Assembly: GCA_037834085.1 (NCBI GenBank)
Contig: JBBMKC010200607.1
Location: 1-35,740 of the forward strand
From: Bipalium vagum
Lineage: Eukaryota
Direction: 5' to 3'
DNA: 35,740 nucleotides
In this document: positions 11,001 through 22,960 of the stretch, piece after piece
Layout of the letters: every line of letters starts with the position of its first letter
Position numbering within the stretch: the stretch's first letter is position 1
Program-made: the position numbers and the translations under genes
Notes under the pieces: generated by a model
What the model saw: the letters and a program-made list of their open reading frames with translations, nothing else
What the model was told of the DNA's origin: nothing
Databases searched by the model: none

Positions 11001-12527
11001 AATCAACATCATCCGGCACATGATTTCAGACCATTTTGATAACCATTGATCAGAATCATCGTGTTGATCTGGATCCAGATAAGCGTTATTAAATTCACTA
11101 GTAACTAAGGCACCGGAGCATAACTTTGATAGGATCAATGATGATGATTTGGTAATGTCTTCGTCACCAGACATGAGCCAATCACTACAAAACTTTATGA
11201 GATTTGTCGCATGTGTCAAGGCCACGTTTCGGCAGGACAATGTTTGACCAAATTGGGAATCAATAAACGTTTTTTGGTCATTCAACAGTAACGACTCAAA
11301 ACCCATTAGAACTGTGTTTAACCATAATTGACCAATGGCCGTCGGTGGAATAGGCGTTGTTGTGTTAGCACTCGTTCCAACGGACGTTGTTTTGGCAGAA
11401 CATGAGTGTAGATAAGTAAAAAGAGACGTGATTGATCGGGCTACTTGTTCTGGAAACAGTGCACGCTCGACAAAGAGCTCAGACAAAATATTGAGAATCT
11501 GACATTGGATCTAGAGAAAAAAAATCGATAACAAAATACAGAAACGAGTAGGTTTGCAAAAACTAACCGGAACAATTTGAAAAGATAACAGACACTGTAT
11601 CAAAGTTTCAAGATATATAACTATACATTCAGTGTTGAACAGTTTCGATTTGAGCAGCATCGAAATCATTGTAAGTGAAAACGACAGCCGTTCATCTTCC
11701 TGAGACGGTTTGATCTTCATAACACTTTCATTCTTTTTGTTGATGTTGCTTCAATGAAAAGATGTCGTTAGAGAACAAAGTTTGGAAAAAAATCTTACTT
11801 TTGGGTCTTCATCAAATTACTGATGACCAATATCGTCTCTCGGTTCAAAGGGTGCTTTTTGGACAATAATCCAAAAGTTTTGGTTTTTGACTGAAATATC
11901 GAAAGAATTGCTTTTCGTGCCGCCTTATTAACTGATGTCCGTGAATCGGTAACGAAAGAAAACAGAGTTCGATACATGTGAGTGGTGTTGTCTAGATTCC
12001 ACGCGTCTTCTGATTGACATGATAATAATTTGCTTAACAAATATAAGGCCTATGACAAACTTAAGTAAAATTTTAAAATATAGAAAGCTCACTGATTTAA
12101 TAACGTTTTCATTTTTACAAAATGAACTGGAAAATAAATTCAAAACTATTTTCGCTACATCACTTGTTGTGTGCCTAATAACAGCCACAGAGATACTGAA
12201 AATATATTCAAATATTGTTTATTTTCTTTTTGACATTACTTACTCTCTTCGAATTAAGTTATTTAGAATAAAAGAGGACGCTTCCATGGTTTCGGTATCA
12301 ACCTCAGTATTTTTCAGAAAGCTAATTAGTGCAGCATAAAATTCAACTGCTGTTTCGGTACCACCATTTTTTATAATAGCATTTTTAAGAGATAATACTA
12401 TTTCTGATACTCGTCTCTGAAATTTCGAATTTCCTTGGAAGTTAGACAACGCTTTTTCAAGCGGCTCGCATGTTGTTAAGTCACTGGCCCATGATGCAAA
12501 TGAATTGACAGAATCAGTATCGTTCAT
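8089..12527 (-). CDS. RRP12: RRP12-like ribosome biogenesis HEAT-repeat protein (NUC173 domain), spliced, ~1396 aa
   Basis: Hand-spliced exons on the minus strand: 12527-12244, 12195-12093, 12049-11799, 11748-11568, 11510-8821, 8770-8089. Total 4191 nt, open to TAA; introns 48, 43, 50, 57 and 50 nt. Motifs: GGTETAVEFYAAL, RTWIVPLIKEY...FRLLILP, QLWSCLPSF, QKRAYRYLE, and the diagnostic C-terminal [31 protein letters not shown]. Confidence 0.95.
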
Positions 12528-12912
12528 CGAAAATTAAAATTTTATATTGCAATTATAATTTATTTAAATTGTGAAAAAATGTGATGTAAAATATTCAATA
12601 TTTAAACAAACCTTACATAGGTATTTTAAAATTTTCCAATAAATTAAAAATGAAATTTATAATGATAAGGTTAATCTAACAATGATATTATTATTCTAAG
12701 ATTTATATAACATTTTAAATATTAACCTCAAACTTTTAAAATTATAATATTTATATTTTAAAATTATTTTTAAAAATAGTACTGTTATTAGCTTTTTAGA
12801 ACTAAAATAACTTAAAATTAATTCACTTTCAAAACTAATAATTTAAATTAAAATTATCTTTATCCCAAGATTTTAAAATAAATAAATACAAAATTATGTT
12901 AAATTTCAATAT

Positions 12913-12934
12913 TAATAATAATAATAATAATAAT
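12913..12934. repeat. (TAA)n microsatellite
   Basis: About 7 TAA units, seen directly. Confidence 0.85.
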
Positions 12935-13239
12935 TTAATATAAAAGCTTCAAAAATTTCAATTGACTTTTAATAGATGTATTAGTTAAATATTAATTTTG
13001 AATTAAGATAACAAATTCTTTCTATAATTGTCTGGTTTATTTTTCAAAAATAAAATGTTTGTATAAACCTTAACTGACATGTATTTCTGTATGATAATAA
13101 TTTAAATTATTTATTTTATTAATTTTAAAAAAGATTAACTAATTTGATAATTAAAGTAATTATTTATTTTGGTTAATATATAAAATTTTTTTCAACTATA
13201 ATAAATCCGTATTTAGAAATTACAATAATAAATAATTTT

Positions 13240-14200
13240 AAATAAATTTATTGGAAAAATGTGAACAAAAATTATTAAAGACATCATCATAAAACTGATC
13301 ACTCAACATATTCATCTGTAATTATGATTGCAGCATGATTCGTTTGCATCCTCTCATTGATTTAAGAATATCTTTACATTTAATTCAATATGAGCCAATA
13401 CCATTAGTATGTATCTTTGACAAAGAATCACGGAAATAATATTTGTGGAATATCTTTTAATGGTCATATTTCATTTCTTGAATTTTATAATAGGCTTTCC
13501 ATTCATAACTATTTATTGTGGTAACTGGAATTACTATTTTGTTAATTACTGCTAATAAAGTTTCTGCATTTCGTTACTTAAAAATTTTTTAAAAAGCCGA
13601 TTTCTGAAGTATTTTTATTTTGCTAAATTATGCCAAGACCCAGGCGGGCGCCTAAGGAGCTTTATTTTTATGAGGCTTCAAATTATGTGAAAAACAACTT
13701 TTTTTTTCATTAACTGTTCAAAACATAATTTTATAGGATTCCCAAAATAATCACTACATATTTCACGAAAAATTAGAAAATGTCAATAGTACCCATTTCT
13801 CCAATACATGTTAGATGGCTAGCAATAACCACATTAATATGTTTTGTCCATAAGTGTGAAACCATTGCGTTAATATTATTTTTGATTTTTCAAAAATTGA
13901 TTTTTTTAATGGATAGACTTTTTGAAGATTTACAGATTTTATTACGACATCACCATACAAATATATCATTACATTTGGAATGTTTTCTCCTCATTATTTC
14001 TGGTAAACAGAAATTTAATAAATTGGGTAAAAAATTCTTAAATATCAAATTATTAAAGCTTGTTGTTTTAAAAATAATAAATTATACAACTATTGAAAAC
14101 AGTCCTGTTTTTTGTTAGGAGTGCTTTCGACAATTGATCCAGATTTTCTCTTAGGTGGTGAGTGTTTTCATTTTTTATTCTTTTCATTATTTCTCATTTA
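13240..14200 (-). mobile_element. Merlin (IS1016/ISXO2-like DDE) transposase pseudogene
   Basis: Frameshifted translation: DIFVW*CRNKICKSSKSLSIK-SIFEKSKI, FREICSDYFGNPIKL, NE-CFSH..PHKNKAP*APAWVL, IGFL, RNAETLLAVINKIVIPVTTINSYEWKAYYKIQEMKYDH*KIFHKYYFRDSLSKIHTNGIGSY*IKCKDILKSMRGCKR. This follows the Merlin motifs (IDES, WVFG, RDA.TL, TTI.SD.W.AY, V.H..F.D, HT..IES.W). TIRs not identified. Confidence 0.85.
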
Positions 14201-15350
14201 TATAAAAAATTTGATAATCTTTACTCCATTTTTAATTTTCTGAGTTTGATTTTAAAGATTTTTTATTGTGAATATACCGTCTTTCCTCTATTAGAAACCT
14301 TTTCTCAAATAAAATACCGATATTAAATTATTGGCATTTTGTGTTAAGATGAAGTATTGAGATATAATACGATATTAAAGTTTTTTTGCGATTCTTATAG
14401 TAAATATTCTAAAATATAATTTAATTTATCATTTAAAATTAAAAATTAGGGTAATTTAAAACAAATCAAAAAATGTGCTGTCAGGATATCTGTAACTTAA
14501 AGAAAAAGAGAATTGTTTTGATGAGTTCGATCAAAATTGAAAACAAAATCTAAAAGGTTATTAAAAGAAAAAAATCAACTTTCATAAAATGTTACCTTTT
14601 TTGAATGTAATTAATTGTTTTCTATGTAACTGAAAACATCTTTTTATCTAAATATATATTATACCCTTAGAACTTCATCAATATCAGCAAATTTGATGAA
14701 CATTTTGGTTTTTAATGTTCTTTAAAATTATTATTCTTACATTCTTCTCTTTTGTGCATTGTAAAAATATTCTTTAGTAAACTTTTTTTCATGAGAAAAT
14801 ATTTCTTCTACACTGTCATTCTTGGAGAAACAGATTTTATAAAAATAATGTATACAGTGTAATGTTGATTTGAATATCGATTAATAAAATTTCCTACCAA
14901 ACAGTTATAAAAATATATTTGAGTAAATATAACTAGATTGAAGATCTCAAGTGCCAGATGTATTTGAGCAAGCCGACATAGGGGTAATAATAATCGCGTC
15001 AATTCAGATAGTCATATTAGAGATGGAGGAGACACAAAATCGTGAAATTTATTCTGATTAATTTCAGAACTGCGCAAGAAATTAAAATTGAAAGAATTCT
15101 AAATTTGAGAATTATTATTTATAAACACATCCGTCTGTTTTCAATTTTTTAAAAATAATTTTTTACATGTCTAGACAGTAGAACATTCAAAAACAAAGAC
15201 AAAATTAATTCTTCATCATAAAAAATTTAATATTATCAGTTATAATTGAAAAAATAATAATTTATTTTTGAAAATATATTCAATATTTTTTTTAAAAGAA
15301 CATTTCTTTTATTACCATTAAATGGGAATTTTTTAATTACTAATTTTAAG

Positions 15351-15390
<40 letters not shown>
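15351..15390. repeat. (TAA)n microsatellite within an extremely AT-rich tract running to ~15530
   Basis: About 13 units, seen directly. Confidence 0.95.
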
Positions 15391-15391
<1 letters not shown>

Positions 15392-16789
15392 GTTAATAAT
15401 GATAAAAAGTAATACTACTGCAACAACTACTAATATTAATAAAATAATAATAATTAACAAAATAATATTAATATAATATATATAAAAATAATAATATATA
15501 TAATATATAATATATAATATATTAATAACGGAAATAATCCGTTTTAGAATTTTTTAATCGATGAGGTCTTGTTCCTGGATGAAAATGATTGAACTTATAA
15601 ACCGACAAATTAAATATTTAAATATATTTTTTATATTTAAATAAATATTAAACATTTAAAATTTTAATTTTCCTCTTATCCATTTGCTATTTAAATTTTA
15701 TTTATATTTCTCTGTGCATAAATGAAATCTGAATAGAACTAAGTTTGGAACTATAATTTTGATAAGGCAGTTGGGAATTTAATTGGATTTTTTTATTTTA
15801 ATCTCTCCACACGTTACAGGATCAAAGCAGTTCGTATTTCAAACTCTATTTTTAAGTATAATTAGGCAAAATTAAAAAGGCAACAGCAATTAATAAGGTT
15901 TTCAAACAATAATTGAAAATTATGTTTTCCTTTAATTATAAATATTTCTTTTAAATTTGTTTTCTGAGGAAATTATTTCGAAATATATCGATAAATGAAG
16001 AAAGAAACAACGTTTTGGCGAAACGAAAGTAATTAAAAGGAAATAAAAACTCATGAAACGGGTTTTGTATATTGGTTGTTTTTAATTTCCCGTTTCGCCG
16101 ATTTTTCCCATCCTGGAAGAGATTTCACCAAATCTCAATTAATATTGTTTTCCCAAAAACAATTTTAACAAAAGTATATCGTAATAATAAAAATAATTAT
16201 TATAATTATATATCTACCAATAGAACTATTAAAACAATTTAATTAATGGAACCTGTAAAAGATCTTGAAATATGGTATATTTTAATTGAATTAAAATTAA
16301 ATTAAATTTTATTAACTTTTTCCTTTTGAAAACGATTTTTCCCAATTTTCTTTTTTTCAAAAACTGACGAAAAAGATTTTTAAATTAAAATGAAAATACT
16401 TTTTAATTTTATCGGACTTTTAATTTAAAAATCGTTATTTTTTTAAAAATGAATTCCGTGTACTCCTGTTCCCAGACATTGATGGTCAATCAAACAATTT
16501 TCCATGAATTCATTTTGATCAATGAGAAATTATTGATCTGATTTTAGTCATTTATTGATTTTTATCAGGTGTTTTGATTCTAGAAAGGGTTTCTTTGCTT
16601 AATGTATGTTAGGTTAGGTGGGAAATAAGTTAAATATTAAACATATTATATTACATTATATTATATATTATATTTAAATTAAATATTTTAAATATATTTA
16701 AATGAATTACATATTATACAAACTCACACACACTATATTTTTAGAAAAATCAGAAATTTACAATCTGGAAGTTAAAATAAAAAGGAACT

Positions 16790-17235
16790 TTAAGTACGAA
16801 TCTACGGTCTGTCAACATGATTTCTTGGACATTTTTAACTATTTCTTCGGAGGTTGGTGTTTTTGGTCTACCAGATCGTGGAGCATTTTTAATGCTCACA
16901 ACATCCCATTTAAATTCGGCAAACCCACTTGTAAATAGTTTTTAATCTTGGGTGAATTTTCATTTTATGTTGCATCAAGGTCGTTCTTGTTTGCCATTGG
17001 ACTTAATTCCTTAATATTCAAATATTTAATTACTGCTGGTATTCTTCTTTCTGGATTTTTCAAAAACTGTTTAAATATGGCACTTAAAATTAATATATTG
17101 CTTAAGCAGCACTACCTATTTTAATGTACTTTTGGATTTTGATGACTGAATATTAGTTTTAAAAAATTTATATGCAAAGGTTAAAATATGGTCTTGCCGT
17201 ATTTATTATTTACCGAAATTTTCAACACACCCTCG
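16790..17235 (-). mobile_element. 5' fragment of an irritans/Himar1-like mariner (left TIR plus HTH region)
   Basis: The minus-strand terminus reads TA-cgagggtgtgttgaaaatttcgg (TA at 17236-17237). Translation KEEYPAVIKYLNIK...KTIYKWV-AEFKWDVVSIKNAPRSGRPKTPTSEEIVKNVQEIMLTDRR resembles the Himar1 N-terminus. Confidence 0.85.
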
Positions 17236-17909
17236 TATATAAATATATGGAAATAAAATCAATAAATAAATGAAATATAATTATTATTTTTCAATTTTTT
17301 TTATTAATCTTATATAAATTAATTATTGATTTAAATAGTCTTAGAAGAACATTATTTAACAAATAATAATTAACAGCTAAATATTTGTATGTTAAGCCAA
17401 CATTACATTACAAATCTAAATGAAAAAAAATCATCAAATTTTAAAAAAAAGTGGACTCGATTTAGCGACTTTAATTTTTCATAACTAAAATATTTTTTTC
17501 TTTATTTTATTCTCATTTTAACGTCACTTGTGAAAAGTAAAATGTTTCAAATTTGAATCACTAGAAAAATAACTCAAGACAAATAAATTGTTTAAGTATA
17601 TTAATTTCTAAAATTTGATTGGTCAACTTTGGTTAATAAATTTCAATTAAAAAAAATTAAATTTTTCGATGTAATGACATGTAAGCATGGTTCCTAGAGA
17701 TGTCATTAAATCGAGGGTTAACGGTATAAGAAGATATAAATAACTTTTTAGATTTTGCCTTAAATTTTTTTATTTGCATAATTAATTTTATAAATTTTAA
17801 TGAGAGTTGCACTGAAATTTAAATTATTTTAATAATAATAAGTTATTCTAACTTAATAATGATATTTATAAATTATAATAAAATATATTGATATTCATAT
17901 TTTTCTTTC

Positions 17910-17923
17910 TAATAATAATAATA

Positions 17924-17960
<37 letters not shown>
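17910..17960. repeat. (TAA)n microsatellite with one interruption
   Basis: About 17 units including one TAG. Confidence 0.95.
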
Positions 17961-17964
<4 letters not shown>

Positions 17965-19475
17965 TTTATATTATAACAATTATCCCTTTCCACTGGCTTC
18001 TATTGGTGAGTGATTCTCTTGCCAAGTAAAGATTCCTTAATTTTTGTATTGGTAATATAAAAACATATTTTCCAAAGAGCAGTTTAATTAAAAACAATAT
18101 TACTTCATTATCATTAAAAGCCCTCGTATCATTTCCAAATGGATTTTGACATTGAAATACTGAGATCAGAGAAAAGAGTGCACTTTTCCATAATCATCTT
18201 AATAATGTACATATTTATTTTTATTGTTTTACTGAATGATATAAAAATAAAAGGTACCACAACAGGATATCGACATTGTTGAAATCATGTTTTCAAATAT
18301 ACGTAATTCATAATTCAGTAATTTGCAATAAATATTACTAATTTTATATTATTTCCAGTTTTTTTTGTTTTTCGACTATTTGCCAAGTCTCCTTGTTTCA
18401 AACAGTGTCCTATGTTGCAACAGGTGGACGGACTCCCAGTTGCAATATGAAAAGATAATGATTTAAAATTCTTTCGGAGTAACAAAAAAGACAGAATTCC
18501 GCAATTGGACGTAAATATCAGATTTTGTTAAAAATAATAAATAATTTATGCATGGAAACGATATCATTCACATCCTCAGATGAAGCTGGCAAATATTTTA
18601 TAATTTATAATTGTAATAAATAAAAGTTTATATTTTCTGGGTTAAAATGTTCATATTGATTTCTGATTTATTTTATGAAAGAAAAAAGTAATTATCTGCT
18701 ATCAAAGAGCGTATGATGTTTTTCAACAGGAAACATGTCTAATAATATCCGACGCGACAGACGTATTAGGAATAAGATTATTATATTTTATTATGTTATG
18801 ATAATATAACATTGCAGCAAGAATTGCTGGAAAAAGAATTCGAAGAAAAGTTGGATTTATATTTGCAAAAATAATTATCAGATTTATTTCAAAGTATCAC
18901 ATGGCCAAACGCATCATTCGGCTGAATTGTTTCGTGAATTTATGAATAATTAATATAATTAATTACGATGAATTAAATTAAGTTTACTAAAATTTCGGTT
19001 GTTATATTATAAGAGCTATATCGGTCTATTTTATAATTTTGAGAAAATCTGTCAATTTAAACAAATTTTATTATTTATATCTTTACGTAATGATCACATT
19101 TTTGTGGTTAATTTGGTTCTTTACCGGGTAAAAAAAAACTGAGCCTTGTTCTTAGAATGATTATTAGTTACAAAAGTAGAGCAAGTCAGTAGTGGTGAAC
19201 TTTTCGTTCAGTTCATTAGATATCATCGCAGTGATAATCACATTTTGAGGTTTTTGTGGGGTTAATGACGATATCTACATCTTATATCTTAAAGTTCATT
19301 TTTAAATTTTCATTTGTCTACAGATAAATATCCGAAAACTTTTTTTTTATAAAAATCTCACAATTATAAAGAATTTTTGATTTTTATTACTTGGCATGAT
19401 TACTTGGTACTTTACTCTAACAAAGAAACAAATTTTTTTTATTTCTTTTTTATGCTACCTTAAATCAGATAAACA

Positions 19476-20322
19476 TTAGGTGAGTGAATAAATTCGGTTC
19501 GTTTTAATGCCAATTAATTATTGATTATTATTAAAATTTATTTTTATTATTTATTTTTAGTTTGAAAATATTTTAATAATATTTTGCTAATAAACGTTTG
19601 TAATTGTAACAATAACATTTTGTTTAACTCGTAAAATTATGGGTTCCACACGATTTGACAGAAAATCAAAAATGATATCGTTTTGGGGTGTTGTCAGAAC
19701 TTTTGGACAACAAAAAGAATCTTTCCTCGATCGGATTGTGATATGTGATGAGAAAAGGATTTTGTACGACATCCGGTGACGTTTTCTGTAGTGGTTAGAT
19801 CAACATGAACATCCTAAACCTAAGTTTCACCAATGGAAGGTTTTGCTGACTGTTTGGATGACTTTCATCTTTTTGATCCATTATAAATTCTGAAAATATG
19901 GTTAAAAAATACCTTCAAAAATTATTGTGTGGTGAATAGAAAAGGCCAATGCTTATCCTTGATAACGATGTACCACAGGTCGTATCATCTACAGTTAAAA
20001 ATGAACCAGCTTGATATTGAAATACCCAGCCTACTCACCAGATCTCTCGCTTACTAATTATTATTTCTTCAATTATTTGGACAAGTTCTTCAGCGAGAGA
20101 ACCTTCCCCAATGATAATACTGTCATCAAAGCTTCTGAAGATTTTGTAACATCTAGAATTCCGGATTTTTATCTGATCTGGATAAATAAACTTGTGACTT
20201 ATTGAGAGAAATGTGTACAGTGTAATTGTTTTTATTTTGATAAATAACATTGTGTCTAAACTGTGATTTGTTCATTTGAAGTTCAATGCTTAAAACCACG
20301 ATTTATTTCTTTACAACCTATT
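19476..20322 (+). mobile_element. Internally deleted mariner, Hsmar1/cecropia-like
   Basis: WVPHDLTENQK, FLDRIVICDEKRILYD, WLDQHEHPKPKFHQWKVLLTVW, PAYSPDLSLTNYYFFNYLDKFFSERTF...INKLVTY*EKCVQCNCFYFD. Ends ttaggtg... and ...caacctatt resemble mariner TIRs. Confidence 0.9.
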
Positions 20323-21072
20323 CATACATAAAGAAATTGTGCATATAGCTTTTAAAAAGTTGGTCTGATCCCAGAAAGTTTTCACTTAAATAGATAATGA
20401 TTGTTCATATGTGATTGATAAAATGTACGAACTTGTGAGACACCTGACAGTCCAATTCTATCAGTCACTGTTCTGAATCAGTTAACTCAGTTTGAATTAA
20501 AATTAATTTTTTTTCTCTTGTTTCATTTCTTAAATAAGAGATGCCAAAAATCTGTGTCAAGTCTTCGCCGCATTACAAACCAAATTTTTAACTGTTGCGG
20601 AGCATTTCCTCTTTAATCAGCACAAAAAGATTATTATTCAAAGTCGTTGTTCTTAATATTAGATCCTAAACCAGTCCAATTAACATTTTATCAATATCTA
20701 GAAAATGAAAATCTTATTTATTTATCATTAAAATTAAAATTTTCCCTTTATATCATTGAACAAAAAATAAATTTCATTTAATATTAAATCAATTTTGTTT
20801 GAGCTATCAGAAAGTTGTTAAGGTACAAGGAAATGGAAAAAGTGAATAGAGAACGAATTAACAATTTTCCACATTTTATTAGGAGGGTGCATTAATTCTG
20901 GTCTATCATTAAAATAAGCAATAGCGTTATCTGTATTTGCAATAAAGTCAAAGCAGCATTTTATTTTAAATATTTGATTTATCTACGGTAAGCTGACATT
21001 GGTTTAGAAATACTATTTGTTTTGATAATCACTGAACTTTCTAACATTATTTATTATAATAATTATTATTTA

Positions 21073-21075
<3 letters not shown>

Positions 21076-21120
<45 letters not shown>
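21076..21120. repeat. (TAA)15 microsatellite
   Basis: Seen directly. Confidence 0.95.
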
Positions 21121-21122
<2 letters not shown>

Positions 21123-21599
21123 GTATTAATAATAATGGTAATAATACTTAATATTTGCATAAAAATATTTTTTGCTTTGCTCCATGAACAAGAAATGATA
21201 ATGATAATTTTACGTCAGATATCAGAATAGCCACCATTCGCCATTATTGATGTCATACTTTTCACTATTACTTGCTTATATTTGGTAGGCTGGCCTCCAG
21301 GATAATTGTAAATTTCATAAATAATTGCTTTATCATTTAGAAAAGCAATAATTTCTTTAAAACATTTTCGACTCTACATTAAATTTCTGAAAAATCTACT
21401 ACTAATTTGAACTTTAATTATATTATTCTGATAATTATAAATTGAGGGAGAATTTTTAAGTCTTTGCTTTTTCTCAAAATTTAATTTGCATCTTCCGTAA
21501 AAGAAATTATTCTGTCGTTTTAAACAAAATCTAGTTTTCATAAAATTTATTTAATCAGGAAATTATGTATTTTTCTTTTTTCAAAATAAAAAAAATCTC

Positions 21600-21830
21600 T
21601 CCCTTATTCAGAAACAACAAGAAAGTTTCAGTACATTAACATATTTTTAATTAAATCTCGATCTAACCGACAAAGATCATCCACAGACACAAGTCTCTAT
21701 AAGGATAATTGTTTATCTATTTTTGATATATGAATAACCAATTGATAGAGATTCAAGTCTCTCTAGAGAGAGCTCTTTTTCCGACTGAATTCTCAGTGTA
21801 AAAAGAACAGAAAAGTAAAAAGACAATTCT
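21600..21830 (+). mobile_element. Possible RTE-type LINE reverse transcriptase C-terminal remnant
   Basis: Pieces FQYI, CLSILIY (LPILLYG) and ILSVKRTEK (ILGV.R.D.I) occur in the expected order. Heavily decayed. Confidence 0.3.
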
Positions 21831-22384
21831 GATTAAATGTTCTTTTCCTTTTCTCTTTTTAATGTAGATGATAGGGTCATATATTTTTCAACACTGTCTG
21901 AAAGAGAAAAATATCATCAAAAAATTTTTATAAGATAATATTTATTATATTGGTTTTTAATCTTTGTTACTCAGGTAGTCAAATCAATAAAACAAAATAA
22001 TAATTGAACTTTATTTAAGGTTTTTTTGAAACGGTATTTTTATTTTTATTTAAATCTTTATTTTTGTCTGGCAATTATGTTTGTTCATCATTCAATAGAG
22101 GAATTTCAACACGACTATTTTTTCTCACAAGATATTCGATTAATTGTTATATTATTTAAATATAGTAATATACAAGGTAATGGTAATTTTATGCAAAACC
22201 TCAATTAATAATATGGACGAAAAGATGTTAAATTTCGACATATTTTGATATATAATTTAAATATGATCAGTATAATAATATTTATAAATAATATATATCA
22301 GTTCGGAAAAGGTAAGGGAACTGAAAATACAGAAAAATATGTACTGTTATTAGAAGTAGTACCTTATCAGAACATAGGTCTCAA

Positions 22385-22690
22385 AAATGGTTTTCTAAAT
22401 TCCAATAAAGAGATTTCACCTTTATAGTCCAATTGAAACTGATTTAAGTAAAATTCATTCTTAATGGTTAGGAAAACAACAACAATGTGACCAATACATC
22501 CGTAGAGAAGTATCTGAGTAACTTGCATTTTTTTCAACAATGTTTAGATACATATTAGTTAACAGAGAACAATTTATAGGGATTCGTTGCTGAAATGGCA
22601 ATAAGCTGAAATATTCTTGGAACAATTGGTTACCAGTGATGAAAAATAGGTCATTTACGACAATATTATCTGTGAATTATAATGGTTTGT
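22385..22690 (+). mobile_element. Mariner transposase fragment
   Basis: FLEQLVTSDEK*VIYDN matches FL..IVTGDEKWV.YDN; preceded by the PIETD linker. Confidence 0.7.
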
Positions 22691-22960
22691 GGAAAGAGTA
22701 TATGTAATGGGCACTTACATAAAAAACTTAAGATGAATAAAGAATTTTCAGTTAAATGATCGGCGACAATGTAATTTTTGAATATAATATTTGAAGGAAA
22801 AAAGTTTACTGGAATCAATAAGGCAAATGTAATTTTCAATCTATAATCTGAATCTGAGACAGAAAAATTTAAGGCAAACTACTTTTGATTGAATACGGAT
22901 GAAATTTAAAACGAAATTAGAATTTTCTTCATTATAATAATATTTGAAGATAATTAAATA

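Noticed and set aside
8134-12339. Plus-strand ORFs of 60-106 aa overlapping RRP12, and minus-strand ORFs within ORC3
   Set aside because: Antisense shadows of real coding exons with no recognisable motifs.
13780-14118. 112-aa plus-strand ORF
   Set aside because: Antisense to the Merlin transposase pseudogene.
15236-15460. Hydrophobic poly-Ile membrane-protein-like ORF
   Set aside because: Translation of the (TAA)n microsatellite.
14275-17730. Isolated pogo/Tc-like termini (taccgtctttcctctattag at ~14275; tcgagggttaacggta at ~17712)
   Set aside because: They do not match each other beyond a few bases, and no associated transposase was found.
18800-18940. KLDLYLQK*LSDLFQSITWPN, resembling an RTE LINE C-terminus
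   Set aside because: A single weak motif, not enough to list as a feature.
21758-21776. Perfect 14-bp palindrome tctctctagagaga
   Set aside because: Low-complexity, and inside a probable LINE remnant.
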